A DNA stretch of 64,000 bases from Moniliella sp. 'wahieum' (taxonomy: Eukaryota): assembly GCA_003971905.1 (NCBI GenBank), contig RSEE01000114.1, forward strand, positions 124,001 to 188,000, read 5' to 3'. Shown piece after piece: positions 1 to 12,382 of this stretch. Every line of letters begins with the position of its first letter. The stretch's first letter is position 1. Position numbers and translations under genes: made by a program. Under the pieces are notes generated by a model. The model was not told the DNA's origin. It saw only the letters and a list, made by a program, of their open reading frames with translations, and did no database searches.

Positions 1-521
1 CCCCGACGGTGGTATCGTGCAGAACTTCGGTAACGTGCAGCTTATCCTCTTCCTTGAGGTTTCGCTCACGGAGAACTGGCTCATCTTTGTCACTCGTCTT
101 GGCTCGGGTACCTCGGACGAGAACACCATCCCGTCCTGGGAGCTGGTTGGTGCGATTCTGGGTGTCGATGCGTTGGCGACAATCTTCACTCTGTTTGGCT
201 GGCTCGGCGGCCCCATTGCGCGCTACATCCACTCGCCCCGCTTGCGCCACAACAAGCACAACTGGACCGACGTGGTTACCGTTGTGTGTGTGGGCGTACT
301 CGATCGGTGTGACGATCATCATTACGGTGGTGTACTATGTGCTGAACAAGCTCGAGTGGATCAACCGCATGGGCCGTCGCGTTCGCTCGACCAAGAACCC
401 AGTGCTGGAAGACTTCTTCACCAACTTGCAGCGTCTCACGGTCGTCCACGAGAAGTCCGAGGAGGGTGAGCCGGACATCTACTCGTTTGCTACCCGCCTC
501 GAGGTGGACGATGAGGAGTAA
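1..521 (+). CDS. PMA1: Plasma-membrane P-type H+-ATPase, C-terminal part (5' truncated by window edge)
   Basis: [49 protein letters not shown] and [16 protein letters not shown] match the M8-M10 region and tail of fungal H+-ATPases. One frameshift near 290. Paralogue number uncertain. Confidence 0.9.
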   Translation, partial: PTVVSCRTSVTCSLSSSLRFRSRRTGSSLSLVLARVPRTRTPSRPGSWLVRFWVSMRWRQSSLCLAGSAAPLRATSTRPACATTSTTGPTWLPLCVWAYSIGVTIIITVVYYVLNKLEWINRMGRRVRSTKNPVLEDFFTNLQRLTVVHEKSEEGEPDIYSFATRLEVDDEE

Positions 522-1340
522 GAAGTGGGGGTTCTTTCGTACCCTCCTCTCATTCCCTCTTATAACCGATTCGCTTTGTTCATTCCCCCTCCTCACTTTG
601 GTTCTTGGCCTCGTTTTAGGTCTCGTTAATCCAACATTCCCCAGGCTCCCATGGCGCCGTTTGTTCAGGCTGTTGAGTTGAATCTTTTCTGCTTTTCAGC
701 TTGTTGGTGCCCGGCTACCCCCACTGGCCTACCTCCTTTTTGGCCTCTGGATCCCCCGCCCTACGTTTTTTTTTTGCTTCTCGCTCGTTGTTCTTACTTT
801 CTATGCGCTTTAGAGCTTCTCATGTTTTCCCCCCTGTTCTGCCTTAGCTTTTTGCGCGTGCTGGGCCAAATAAGAACAGCCTATTGATCCCCATCTACTT
901 TCTCTTGCGTATTATATAGACGGATGCAGATGCACAAACGCGAGGAATATATCGGTTTCCCTCGTTTCTCAGTCTCCTACTGCTCAGTATCCTCCACACG
1001 AACACCACGAACCACGGTGTGCCCTCGACTGGGCTCTGATGTACTTCGTCTTCTCACATCCTTATTCCACCCTCCCCTCTCACGGTTTTATCGAGCGGGG
1101 ATCGCATGCGTCACAAGAGGATTACATTGAGCACGTAGTACGGTGCACGATACACATCAGTGCCCACGGATAAGTACACGGGCACCGTCTAGATGGTTTC
1201 CCTTCCCACAACTCGGGATAGGGCAAGGCAATTACTACCTGAACGGGTGGAGTGCAACGTTCAACGTTCTTCAACTCCGTACATCGTATACATACACCAG
1301 GGCGATCTGCCTGTCGCTCGTCACGGTACCGAGTACCCGC

Positions 1341-1368
1341 CACTTGTCACTTGTCACTTGTCACTTGT
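1341..1368. repeat. (CACTTGT)x4 heptamer array
   Basis: Read directly. Confidence 0.95.
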
Positions 1369-1588
1369 CCCTGGCAACGCGTACGCGCACGCCCAATCAA
1401 GAGAGACCTTACCCACTCTTTACTTTACCGGCCCGAGCGGCCATGGGGAAGGAGTGCGGTGGGGGGTGCCTGGGTGCGATCACGACTGTTGTCGCAAGTC
1501 ACCTACTCATGCACAGGGTACATGGCACAGGGTCGTCGCCTGACCTGAATTGGTCTGGAGGCCTTTGCATTGGGGCGGGGGGAGGGCC

Positions 1589-1654
1589 ACGTGGATCCGG
1601 CTCGACGTGGATCCGGTTCGACGTGGGTCCCGCTCGACGTGGATCCGGCTCGAC
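1589..1654. repeat. 16-bp tandem repeat ACGTGGATCCGGCTCG x4
   Basis: Units start at 1589, 1605, 1621 and 1637, with 0-2 mismatches each. Confidence 0.95.
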
Positions 1655-1735
1655 ACGAAATCCAGGTCGGATCGAGGTACAGGAGGGACGTAGCGACGCA
1701 CGCTACGATCCTCGAAGGATCAGACCCATTGGGCC

Positions 1736-4019
1736 TTAGGCCTTAGGGTAGCATCCCAACGCAGACCTACTGGGATCAGAAAGGAGACACTGGGTCCCAC
1801 CTGGAGCCCAAGTGACCTGGTCCACAGACACTGCAATCTCGGGTCAGCATCGCAAGTCATGCATCATGGAACGATTAATGGACGTGGATAGACTAGTGAC
1901 TCTGCACTTGTCATGGAATGTTCCTGCGGGACAGGTCAACGTACTTCTGGCACTGGGACTGCTTCGGCAAGCTGCACAAACGTGTCCAAGCCCACTTGCG
2001 GGCGTAAGGTCCACATGGTCATCGTAGCACGGGATGAGGTGATGCACAACGTTTGAGGTCCTAACCCCACCTCGCTCTCACCTCGTCTTGTCCCAGAAGA
2101 AGGCGCCCATGTGATCGCCTTGATCGTGCTCGAACATAGAATGGCAGCTAGTAAGTACGGTTCGGGCGGACCCACACCGAGCTTGGGCAGCGCATGCACA
2201 AATACGCTCGTTGGCATCGATTCTGGTTCGGGGCACGGGCACCGCACCCAAAAAGTAAAAAAAAGTAAAAGTCAAGGTAGATGGGATACGTCAGTACCAT
2301 TCACACATTCTTACTCTTACTACCCCCCCCCCCCCTCTCCAAAAAAGGAACTGGGGACCGTACGTCGAGGCGGAAGGGGGAAGGGAGGAAGGGAGAGGAA
2401 GAGACAACGTACCGTTCCTCGAGGCAAACAGTGTGCCCGACGGACTCCATTCCAGCGCACAAACCCCACCGCGGGGCAGGTCGGCAGAAGGTAAGTGTTC
2501 GGGCCGCAACGCAAGTAGTGTTTCCGGAGCCAACTTGCCCTCCTCAGAACGTGGGGTGCCTGTAAATGGGACAATGGTATGCTGCGCATCGCGGGTTTGA
2601 GCTGTAGACGCTGGCTCGCGCCAGATCTGCAATCGGCCGTACGGGAAGAAGCTTGTGGTGCGAGGACGGTAGTGGGCGTACTCGTGCGACAAGGTAGGTC
2701 GGGAAAGGTCGAGGAGTGCGATGAGCATCCCCGTGGGCGGGTCGAGAAGATGGATCTACATGAGTCAGTTGGAGTCGGTTCGGGGTGGCGGTTGCCAGTG
2801 GGAAGAGAGAGGGAGAGGGAGGGGGGGTAGAGAACAAAGACACAGAAACAAAAACCAAAACGTACCTTTTCGTCGTACCCACCGACGGCAAGCACATCGC
2901 CACTAGGACTCCAGGATACCGTGCGGATCCCAAGACCGCCACCGGCATGTTTGGGCAGGCCAGTACCAGGTTCGCCACTGGGCTTGGGGGCGGCCTTTAA
3001 AGAGGAAGAAACGGATCGTGGGGCCTGGACCACTCGCTGCGCACGCGTCGGGGGACCAGCGACGGTCACGTCGCTGGATCCACTGCGGTTCGCACCTTGC
3101 TTTCCCCCTCTCCTCTCGCTGGTCGAGGCGGACGTAGTTGAGGCGACGGGGGCAGGGGCAGAGGTAGAAGGGGGAGGGCACAGGACCGAGGGCTTCACCG
3201 CATCGGGCGCAATTAGGTAGCTGAACCGCAGATAACCAAGAGGGGTGTAGACGAGCAAACGGAACTCGGCCGCGTAGTCCCAAATCGCAATAAACTGACC
3301 GTTTGGGGACCAGGCGGCACCGGCAGCGTCTACCGTAGCGACGGGGAAGGACTGGGGAACACGGGTCAGTAAGGGTGGGGGGCGCGAACCGGAGTGTAGG
3401 CGGGGACGGAGGCGGAGGCGGAACGTACGTGTTCGACAGCCCATTCGGATTGGTTTGAGGATCGAAGGAGCAAGATGGATTCTTGTCCTCCCCTCCGACG
3501 AAGGAGCGCGATGAGATGGGGGAAGTGCGGAGCAGTGAGCAGGCGCGGGAGCTTGACGTCCTGCACTACGTCGATGGTCAAGTCGGGAAGGCTGTACAGG
3601 GTGGCGTGGAGGTCGAACTGGGAAAAAGAATGACAGTAAAAGTACCTGGAACCCACTGCCCGGAAACCAAGCCTTCCAGACCAGTCTCGATGCGCGCAAC
3701 CCAGCCTTGGGCATCGTCACTGCCATCGTTGGCTGCCAGAGCGGGGTCGAGGGCAAGAGCAGGCGGTGCCGGTCTCCTTGGCAGGGGCAAGGGCGAGGAT
3801 GTACCGCGAATCGGGACTCCACTCGATCGCCGTCAGCTGCACACACCTCCACGACCGCACCACCTGCAGGGTATCGGCCAGGCGGACGATGAGCGAGCTG
3901 CGCGGGGCCGCGGCGGGCGGACAGGGGCGGGAGGGCGAGGAGGTAGGCGTAGAGACGGCCGTCGGGCGAGTAGCAGAGGGCGTCGGGCGGGTGAGGGGCA
4001 AGGCGGCGGTAAAGTCCAT
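1736..4019 (-). CDS. WD40 protein, WRAP73/WDR8-like (spindle-pole/centrosome), multi-exon, frameshifted
   Basis: MDFT.. start; LIVRLADTLQVVRSW..IEWSPDSRYILAL; AAWSPNGQFIAIWD; LGIRTVSWSPSGDVLAVGGYDEKVR; LEWSPSGTLFASRN|ESMPTSV follow the WRAP73 motif order. Introns begin GTACGT. 3' end approximate. Confidence 0.75.
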
Positions 4020-4779
4020 GGGGGTGGGGGGGGGTGGTGGAAGAAAAGAGGAAAGGAGAACGGAGGAGAGGCACGAGAACCGCCGATGCTGGCCCAAAGA
4101 CGCGGGGGGGACGCGCACGAAAGCATCCTTCGACCAACCAACCCCCCACAGCCAGCCAGCCGAGCGCGTCGGGTCACGTGTCCGCCTGCCCCGGTGCTCA
4201 CGTGGATACATGAACAGTTGAAACCACGTGATTGCTAGGCCTCCGCACTGGGCGAGTATCCTCCCCTCACTCCGCACTCAGCGTACTCAGCCGCTCAGCC
4301 CCTCTACTCCTCCCCCTACTCCCCTAGTACTCTCCCCTACTCTCCCCCCCCCCCACAAGGCGAAGGCGGCCGGGCGGGCTGGCAACTCACCGACAGCTAA
4401 GATCCAATGCGCTCCCGCCAGGCTTGTAGAAATCTGCCCACTCCTTTCCGGAGAGAATCGAGGGGATATCAAGGCGATCAATGGGACTTTGGGCGGAAAC
4501 GGCTTTTGTGGTTGGAAGACAGCTGCGGTTTCTAGTTTCTCTCGTCTGTTTCTCTGCTGTTGCCATGTGGCTGCCTTCCGTCATGCATCTCACGCATAGC
4601 TCACCACGTCTAGCAGAGCATACCAAGGATCCTGCACTCGCACCTAACGCGCCAGCGCAAGGCATTGCGGGGCATTGATTTGGACAGGGCGGGCCAAACA
4701 AATGAGGGTAAGACAAGAGGTATGCTAAGTGCAGAGGAGCGAGAGGGGGGGGCGGCAACCCCCACAGGATTAGAAAGGG

Positions 4780-5540
4780 TTAGTCGATGAGATATTTGCG
4801 TCGGAAAAAGTTGCGAAGATGGACAATCTGCCACGAGCCAACGAGCAAGAGACCTACCACGGTGGCCCAGGCAAACACGTGCACACGATGGTTCGTCGAC
4901 TCGTTCGTGTCGCGCATCCTTTGTTCCCGTCGCTTGAGGTACTCCATCTCACTCATAATCTCGTTCGCCTCATTCTCCAACCGGCGCAGTTCAGTCTCCA
5001 AGCCACTCAGCGATTCTTGGTTGGCGATCGCATTGTAGTCAATCGCCTCTGCTCCAATGTCAATGTCCACATCCAGCGTCGTAACATACGGCCGCTTTGG
5101 CGCCGACACCTCTTTTTTGCGTCAATATACTTTTCGTTCGCGTCTACTACCAAGGTCGGTGTGTGGGGGGGCGGAGGGGGAAGGAGGAGAAAGCGTACTC
5201 TTGGATAGCCGGTTGGCAAAGCAGACGCCCAAGTCAGCGTCGGCATGAGAGTTGATGGCCATACGCGTCTCGGCGCGTACATCGCGCTGAGACCAGTACA
5301 CGATTGTGGTGCGAGCCATCGACAATCTGCACATCGAGCGACTGATACTCCTTGCCACTGTTGGCCACCGCATTGATCGTCACCACCACCAACTGGTCCA
5401 CCAGCGCATAGTCCCACAGACACTTCTCCACCGGCTCGTGCGCCGCCTCGAGCTCAAACTTGATCCCCAGCGCACAGGGCAGCAGTAGCAGCACGCTACG
5501 AGCAACATGCGTCGTGTCCAGCCATTGTCGGTCCCAGCAT
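4780..5540 (-). CDS. ERV25: p24/GOLD family COPII cargo receptor (Erv25/TMED10 type)
   Basis: IKFELEA..KCLWDY; LETELRRLE..EMEYLKRREQRMRDTNESTNHRV; TM helix then WQIVHLRNFFRRKYLID. Intron at about 5109-5201. Start approximate. Confidence 0.88.
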
Positions 5541-5893
5541 AGCGCAACGCGGTGGTCGTGGCTAGACGGGGGGAAAGGGGTGGATGGAACGGGATGGAGA
5601 GCCAAAGGCCAATGTGACGCCAGAAGCAGTGTGGCGCAAGAGGCAGCGGGCACAACCCTACTACTTGCTTGTTGCGGCGCGGCCAATCCCGAGGGTTTAA
5701 CAGGTAAACATTTACATAGCGTCACCCTCCCGTTTGTTTCATACCCACGCTTGTCCCCCGTCCTCTCTCCTTCCTGGGTTGGTCGCTAGCTTCACTACAC
5801 TGCCCGAACAGATCCACTTGGGACGGGTCACTCCGCTCGTATCCCATCGCACACCGCACTGGCACATTGGTTTCACTGCAATCCTTTCGATGC

Positions 5894-6734
5894 CTAGTCT
5901 TCCATGTCGACGTCCAAGGCATCCTTGGCTTTCTGCTCGCTTCCTGCCCGGGCGAACATCACAGACCGCGTCAGAACAAAGCCCACCAACTGATTCGCAC
6001 TTGGGATACAAAGAGGGAGAGAGACGTACTTGGGCCATCTGCAACGGGACCAGTTGATGTTTGCCGTTGGTCTCGGGCCCGATCCAAGACAGTTCCAACT
6101 CAAAGTCCTTGTCCTTGGCATCGTCGTGGACCTTGTAGATGATCTCTGCCGCTCGCTCCACCGCTTGAGGGAGCGTGATGGTGTCCCAATCAATCTTCTC
6201 CAGTTCGGTTGGCCAACTGACGGCCTTTGCCAATGGCTGTGCCGCGGTAGCCACGGAACTCACCCGACGGCTCAATCATGTACAGCCCAGGCTTGCCCGT
6301 GTGCGGGTCAAGACCAGCAAGAATGGTGCTGATGCCAAACGGACGGACAGAGCTGTAGAGGGTATAGGCATCGGCGTACTGGGACAAGCGCGCGGCCACG
6401 CTTGCGGTCGAATTGGCTCATGGAAGTTGTCACGGAAACTCTCGCTCTCCTCGCGCGCGCGGCCGGCCATGTGCCGTCCATCGGCAATGAGGCCTGCGGT
6501 GGCAATGCCCAGGTGGGTGTCGACACTGAAGATGCGGCGGTTGCTGGGCGCACGCGGAACAAGCAGCTTGCTCGTCACGAGCTTCTCCACGGCCAGCACC
6601 ACGCCATGGGGGTGCGGATGCCAATGGCCGTGCCGGCATTCTCGACGGCCTTGAGGCGTACTCGACCTGGAAGAGGCGGCCGTCGGGGGAGTAGGTGCTG
6701 GTGGACAGGTCGTACCCGGTGCCTGGGAAGCCAT
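5894..6734 (-). CDS. PRE10: 20S proteasome alpha subunit (alpha7, PSMA3)
   Basis: GTGYDLSTSTYSPDGRLFQVEYA; GVVLAVEKLVTSKLLVP; YTLYSSVRPFG; LYMIEPSG; IYKVHDDAKDKDFELELSW. Several frameshifts and one 3' intron. Confidence 0.93.
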
Positions 6735-7073
6735 GGTGGGGAGGGGGGGAGGTGGTGGGGGGGGGGGGCGAGGTGCACGACGTGGGTGTGGGCTGGCGGC
6801 CGAGCGAGCAGCGGCTGGGCGGTGTGGGGGTACGCAAGCGCCCGGGGGGGGGGCGGAACGGCGAATTCCGCGTGAGCATGAATAGCATTGGATGTCAGTG
6901 CGGTTTATTAAGCCAGCACGCGGCGCAGGCTGAGCGAGGGTGGATGAGCAATCCTAAGCTCTAAGCCTATCAGCACCGAAATGCAATGTTCAGATGGAGC
7001 ATTGAACCTCCGTCACCCATGCGCTCTCACCCACTGCCCCTTCCCCCCCTCCCCTCCTTCCCCCATCCACCCC

Positions 7074-10000
7074 ATGGCCATCTCCAAGAAGGCCGGCGCC
7101 AAGAAGGCGCGCGCCGGCGGCGCTGCCCCAAGGCCGCCAAGAAGCCCTATGCGCCCGGCGGGGTCGCCAAGGCGACGGCGCGAGGGCTTCAAGAAGCCCC
7201 AGGCCGGCGTCAGCGACATGACCCTCCTCACCCCAGCTCACCAACGAAGCCATCAACGACAACTCAAGAAGCGCTTCTTCAACCAGGAGATCTATGTATG
7301 CCCGCTGCTTCGTCTGCCCGCATGCCCACTGACCCCCACAACAGACCTACATCGGAAATGTGCTCATCTCGGTCAACCCCTTCCGCGACTTGGGCCTCTA
7401 CACCCCTGAAGTGCTGCAGACGTACCGCGGCAAGAACCGGCTGGAGATGCCCCCCCACGTGTATGCGATTGCGGAGGGCATGTTCTACAACATGCAGGCC
7501 TACCACGACAACCAGTGCGTCATCATCTCGGGCGAGTCGGGCGCCGGCAAGACCGAGGCGGCCAAACAGATCATGCAGTACATTGCTGCTGTTTCCGGCG
7601 ACCAAGGCGGTGGGATTGAGAATGTGAAAAGATGGTGTTGGCAACCAACCCGCTGCTCGAGTCGTTTGGATGCGCCAAGACGCTCCGCAACAACAACTCG
7701 TCCCGCCACGGCAAGTACCTCGAAATCATGTTCAATGCCCAAGGTGCCCGATTGGCGCCAACATCACCAACATCTCTTGGAGAAGAACCGTGTCGTGGGC
7801 CAGATCAAGTCGGAGCGCAATTTCACATCTTTACCAGTGGCCAAGGGCGCCTCCTCGGCACAGCGCGAACTGTTTGGCCTCCAAGGCCCCGAGGGTACCA
7901 GTACACTGCGGGCGCCAAATGTCTCGACGGGATGGGATCGATGACGTACAGGACTTCCAAGGCACGATTCAAGCGATGAATGTGATGGTCTGAGTCAGGC
8001 CGAACAGGAACATTTCCGTATGATTGCCGCCATTCTGTGGTTGGGCAACACTCAGTTCTCTGAAAACAGGATGGCAATGCCCAGGTCGCCGACACGAGCG
8101 TGACGGACTATGTGGCGTACCGTTAGAGGTGGATGGGGCAGCGGTGCATCGCGCGCTGACGATCCGCATCATGGAAACGATGCGTGGCATGCGCCGTGGG
8201 TCGGTGTACGAAGTTCCGCTCACCCGCCCCAGGCTGAGTCGGTGCGCGACGCGCTCTCCAAAGCCATCTACAACAACTTGTTCGACTGGATCGTGGCCCG
8301 CGTCAACCAGTCCATGCACGCCAAGGCACCACTGCCAACGTGATTGGTGTCCTGGACATTTACGGGTTTGAGATTTTTGACAACAACTCGTTTGAGCAGC
8401 TTTGCATCAACTATGTCAATGAAGCGCCAACAGATCTTTATCCAGCTCACGCTCAAGCGCGAGCAAGAAGAGTATGCTGCAGAGCAGATCAACTGGACTC
8501 CGATCAAGTTCTTAACAACAAAATTGTCTGTGACTTGATTGAAGAGAAAACGCCCGCCTGGCGTGTTTGCCGCGTGAACGATGCCTGCGCTACGGCCCAT
8601 GCCGATCCCAGTGCGGCGGACCAGTCCTTCTCCCAGCGCTTGAGCATGCTTTCTGCCAACGCGCACTTTGATGGGCGAGGCAACAAGTTCCTTATCCGGC
8701 ACTATGCTGGCGATGTGATGTACAACATCAAGGGCATGACCGACAAGAACAAGGATGCGATGCTGAAGGAATTCTTGATTTGGTTGACTCGAGTCAGAAC
8801 CAATTCCTGCACACCCTCTTCCCCGACCGCCCGACCCATCGTCCAAGAAGCGCCCCCAACGGCCGGAGACCGGATCAAAGCGTCGCCAACGCGCTGGTAG
8901 ACAAGCTGATGAAGTCCCAGCCGTCGTACATTCGTACCATCAAGCCCAACCAGACCAAGAAACCTACCGACTATGACGACCAGCAGGTCCTCCATCAAGT
9001 CAAGATCTTGGTCTGCAAGAAAACATTCGTGTTCGTCGGGCTGGGTTTGCCTACCGCAACACATTTGAGAGATGGTGGAACGCGTTACCATTCTCTCTCC
9101 CAAACAGTCCTATGCTGGCGAGTATACGGGGAGGGCGATTCGCGATATCGGGCTGCCAGCAGATCTGCAAGACACAGGTATCGCACGGACGAATGGCAAA
9201 TGGGCCGAACCAAGGCTTCATCAAGAACCGAGACGCTCTTTGCCCTGGAGACCATGCGGGACCGCATTGGCACAACATGCGATGCGGATCAGCGTGCGTT
9301 CCGAACTACCTGCGCTACAACACGAATGTGCCCGGCGTATCAGCGTATGTGGCTCAACAAGAAGAGGCTATCAAGTATGTTGAGTCGCGGACTATGGTCA
9401 CCAACTCCTCAGGGCCGCAAAGAGCGCCGACGCTTCTCCCTCATCTCGATGCGCAAGTTCACCGGCGATTATTTGGATGTGAATGGCGGCTCGGTTGAAG
9501 GGACCTTCTCCGACGCGCGGCGGGAATTGGCTCGACTCCTGTCACGTTTTCCTCCCGCGGCCAGATCTTGGTTCACCGCGCCTTCGTTCATCCAAGCCGT
9601 CGCCTCGGTTCATGCTCACCGATAAGGAACTTCTGATTGTCGTGACCAGCTGGTGAACAAGCAACCGACAACGATGCTCGAACGTAAGATCCCCCTATCT
9701 TCCATTGCCCAGGTTGGACTGTCCCAGCTCGAGACGAGGATCGTGATTAACCTCCGTGGCAAGTCCGGGGGAGATCCCGTTCTGCACTGCTACCTCAAGA
9801 CGGAGCTTGCTGCGCGTCTCGCACGGCAGACGGGCGGGAACATCCGTGTAAACGTGGCCAACACGCTAGACTATGGCAAAAGAAGGGCAAACGCGCTCAA
9901 ATCTCCTTCAAGAAAGATGAGATGATCAAGCGGGACGACGAGTACAAGTCTCATGTCGTTTCGGTCCATCGGGCGAAACCGGCAGGCTCGCTGTCCGACC

Positions 10001-10965
10001 CACCGGCACGGCGTAAACCCGGCGTCGTTCGTCCCGTTACCACGGGCAAACTGCTAGCGGGGGCCCAGTAACCCACAACCGGGCTCGGCAGGCCGCTCGG
10101 GCCGTCCGGCACCCAAAGCCGCTCGACCCTTGCCTAGCTCCAACGGCTCGGCCCACCTCCAACTGCAACTGCATCCCGTGCCCTCGCTAGCGGTCCGTCA
10201 CCGTGCACCGCCTGCGCCACATGCCCAACCGGAGGGAGGAGGAAGAGGGATACCTCGGTGCCCATGTACAAGGCCTGTACGATTTGCCGCCTCGTCGTCG
10301 GGAGAGATGTCGCTGACGGCCGGGGAACTACTGGAGGTGGAACAGCAAGCTGATAATGGTACGTGTGTGTGATACGCTGGTGCGCTGGTGCGTGGTGCGC
10401 TGGTGCGCTGGTGCGCTGGTGCGCTGGTGCGCTGGGCTGGGAAGTGGAACGTTGACTAACGAATGTGAATGCGGACTTTTGATTCGTCTGGCGGCAGGTT
10501 GGTGGCTCGTCAAGAAAGCCGGTGTGGAAGCCTGGGCGCCCTCGGCGTACCTGGAACTGTCCCGCCCAAACCTAAGAAACCCAAGGTGCGCCGTGCCCCG
10601 GCTCCTGCTGCGCCTGCGCCGGCACCCGCACCCGCACCGGCCGCACGCGCGCAGCGACCAAGCCCAAGCCCAAATTCCAGCCGGTCCAATCGACGGTGCG
10701 GGATGAGAACGCACATGCTGTCGCTGCGGATACGTCGGCGGCGCCCGTGGCTGTGATGCCGGGGATGGGCGCACCAGGTGTGGTTTGCCGAGTTGCTAGC
10801 TAAGAAGAAGGCGGCGATCGCCGCGGCGAATGGCGGTGGCGGTGGTGCGTCGGCTGGCGACTCGACGCCCAGCAGTGGCGCATCCACCCCGCGCCCGCCC
10901 ATCCCTCCCAAACCCAAGCCGGGCGTCGCGGGGCGCAAGATGCCCCCGCCCCGCCGCGGCGGTAG
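7074..10965 (+). CDS. MYO1: Class I myosin (motor, TH1, SH3, Pro-rich tail)
   Basis: [17 protein letters not shown]-loop [32 protein letters not shown]1 [12 protein letters not shown]3-like segment near 10260-10560. Introns near 7296, 10359 and 10720. End approximate. Confidence 0.93.
10375..10436. repeat. (CGCTGGTG)n octamer array, about 7 copies, in myosin intron
   Basis: Read directly. Confidence 0.9.
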
Positions 10966-11378
10966 AGGCGCTTGCGGGGCGCGTGTTGTGCGTTTGTGCG
11001 TGCTGTGCGTGCTGTGGGCGAGGGAGCGTGCGTGTGGTCAACGGGGCGCACGGAGTGGATAATGCATCATGCTGGCTACGATGGGACAGAGCGTTCGAAG
11101 GCGGGGTTAACGGTAGGGGGGATGGGTGTCGGCCAATACTGCGCAGATTGAAGAAGGCACGCCTGGCTCTGGGAAGTCTCTTTAGTTGATCGACCTGTGT
11201 ACTCCTTGAAAGCGGCGTTGCCACTCCATTGCCATTTCTGGGTGTGGCTTGGCTTGGAGAGGTCACGTGCCCTGCGTACCAGCGTGGGAAGCAGCGTAGA
11301 TACTGATCGATACTGAGTACTGATCCAGTCACGATTAGCACTGCGTGTTGATCTCAATCCTCCCCCTCCACCGCCAGC

Positions 11379-12382
11379 ATGACCACCGCCGCGCCAGCAT
11401 CTACGGCACTGCGCCCCCGGCGCCCCCGACCGTCGCGCCGTCCCACTCGGACGCCATGTCGGGCCCAGGCATCGCCGGCGTCGGCGCCGCCGGGTACGCC
11501 GGCCACCTCTCCTTTGCCGAGCCGCCCGCACCCGCCCGCACCCAGCGCAGCTCCGTCTACGACCCCATCCATGCTCCGTCCTTCACACTGCCGATCCGGG
11601 GTCCCGCACAACGGCCCATGCGCACACACCGCCCACCCCACCCGCATCCACCACCGCATTCACCGCCCGTGCCGCCCCCGACCCTCCATGCCGAGCATGG
11701 TGCGTACCGCGGTGCCCAGTCGCGTTCCCACCGCTGTGCCCAGTAGGGCGCCCACGGCCGTGCCCAGTATGGTGCCCACTGCTGCGCCAGGTAGGGCACC
11801 TACTGCGGTACCGAGTATGGTGCCTACTACGGTGCCGAGTATGGCCCCCACCTTGCCAGCGGGGACTCAGCTTGCTCCAGCGGCTCCTTCCGTCGCCCCG
11901 CTTGCCACAGTGAAGGAATCGGGGGCTGAGATTCCTGGTCTGCCAGCGCGCACGGGCGGCGTAGTGACCAGCACCACACTGCGCGCCACGATCAAGAATG
12001 TGGACATGACGCCAGAGATGCAGACGGTATGTGTGGACTTGGCTCTGGAAGCGCTGCAGTCCTATACGCTTCCCAAAGACATGGCAGCCTTTACCAAGAA
12101 GAGCTTGGACGTTCGCTACGGTCCTACTTGGCAGAGTATCGTGGGGATCAAGTATGGCTCCTATGTGACTCATGGTACGTCTGTCCTTTCTCCATCGGTT
12201 GGCGCTGACAGTTTGGGGGCTGGATTGGTTTGGTTGGATTGGATTGGGGGGATTGGTTCGACCACAGAGGTGCGACACTTTATCTACTTTTGTATGTTAT
12301 TGCCCAGATATGGGCTGCAGAAAACTGACTCTGTTGTGCAACAGACTTGGGCGACTATGCTTTCCTTTTCTGGCGTGCCTAG
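11379..12382 (+). CDS. Dynein light chain LC8-family protein with long Pro/Ala/Thr-rich N-terminal extension
   Basis: ATIKNVDMTPEMQ..KDMAAFTKKSLDVRYGPTWQSIVG..GSYVTH|EVRHFIYF|YLGDYAFLFWRA*, with introns at about 12175-12267 and 12292-12344. Confidence 0.85.
11680..11852 (+). repeat. 24-bp coding repeat (PTAVPSMV/PTAVPSRA), about 7 copies
   Basis: Visible in the 11379 ORF translation and in the DNA. Confidence 0.9.
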
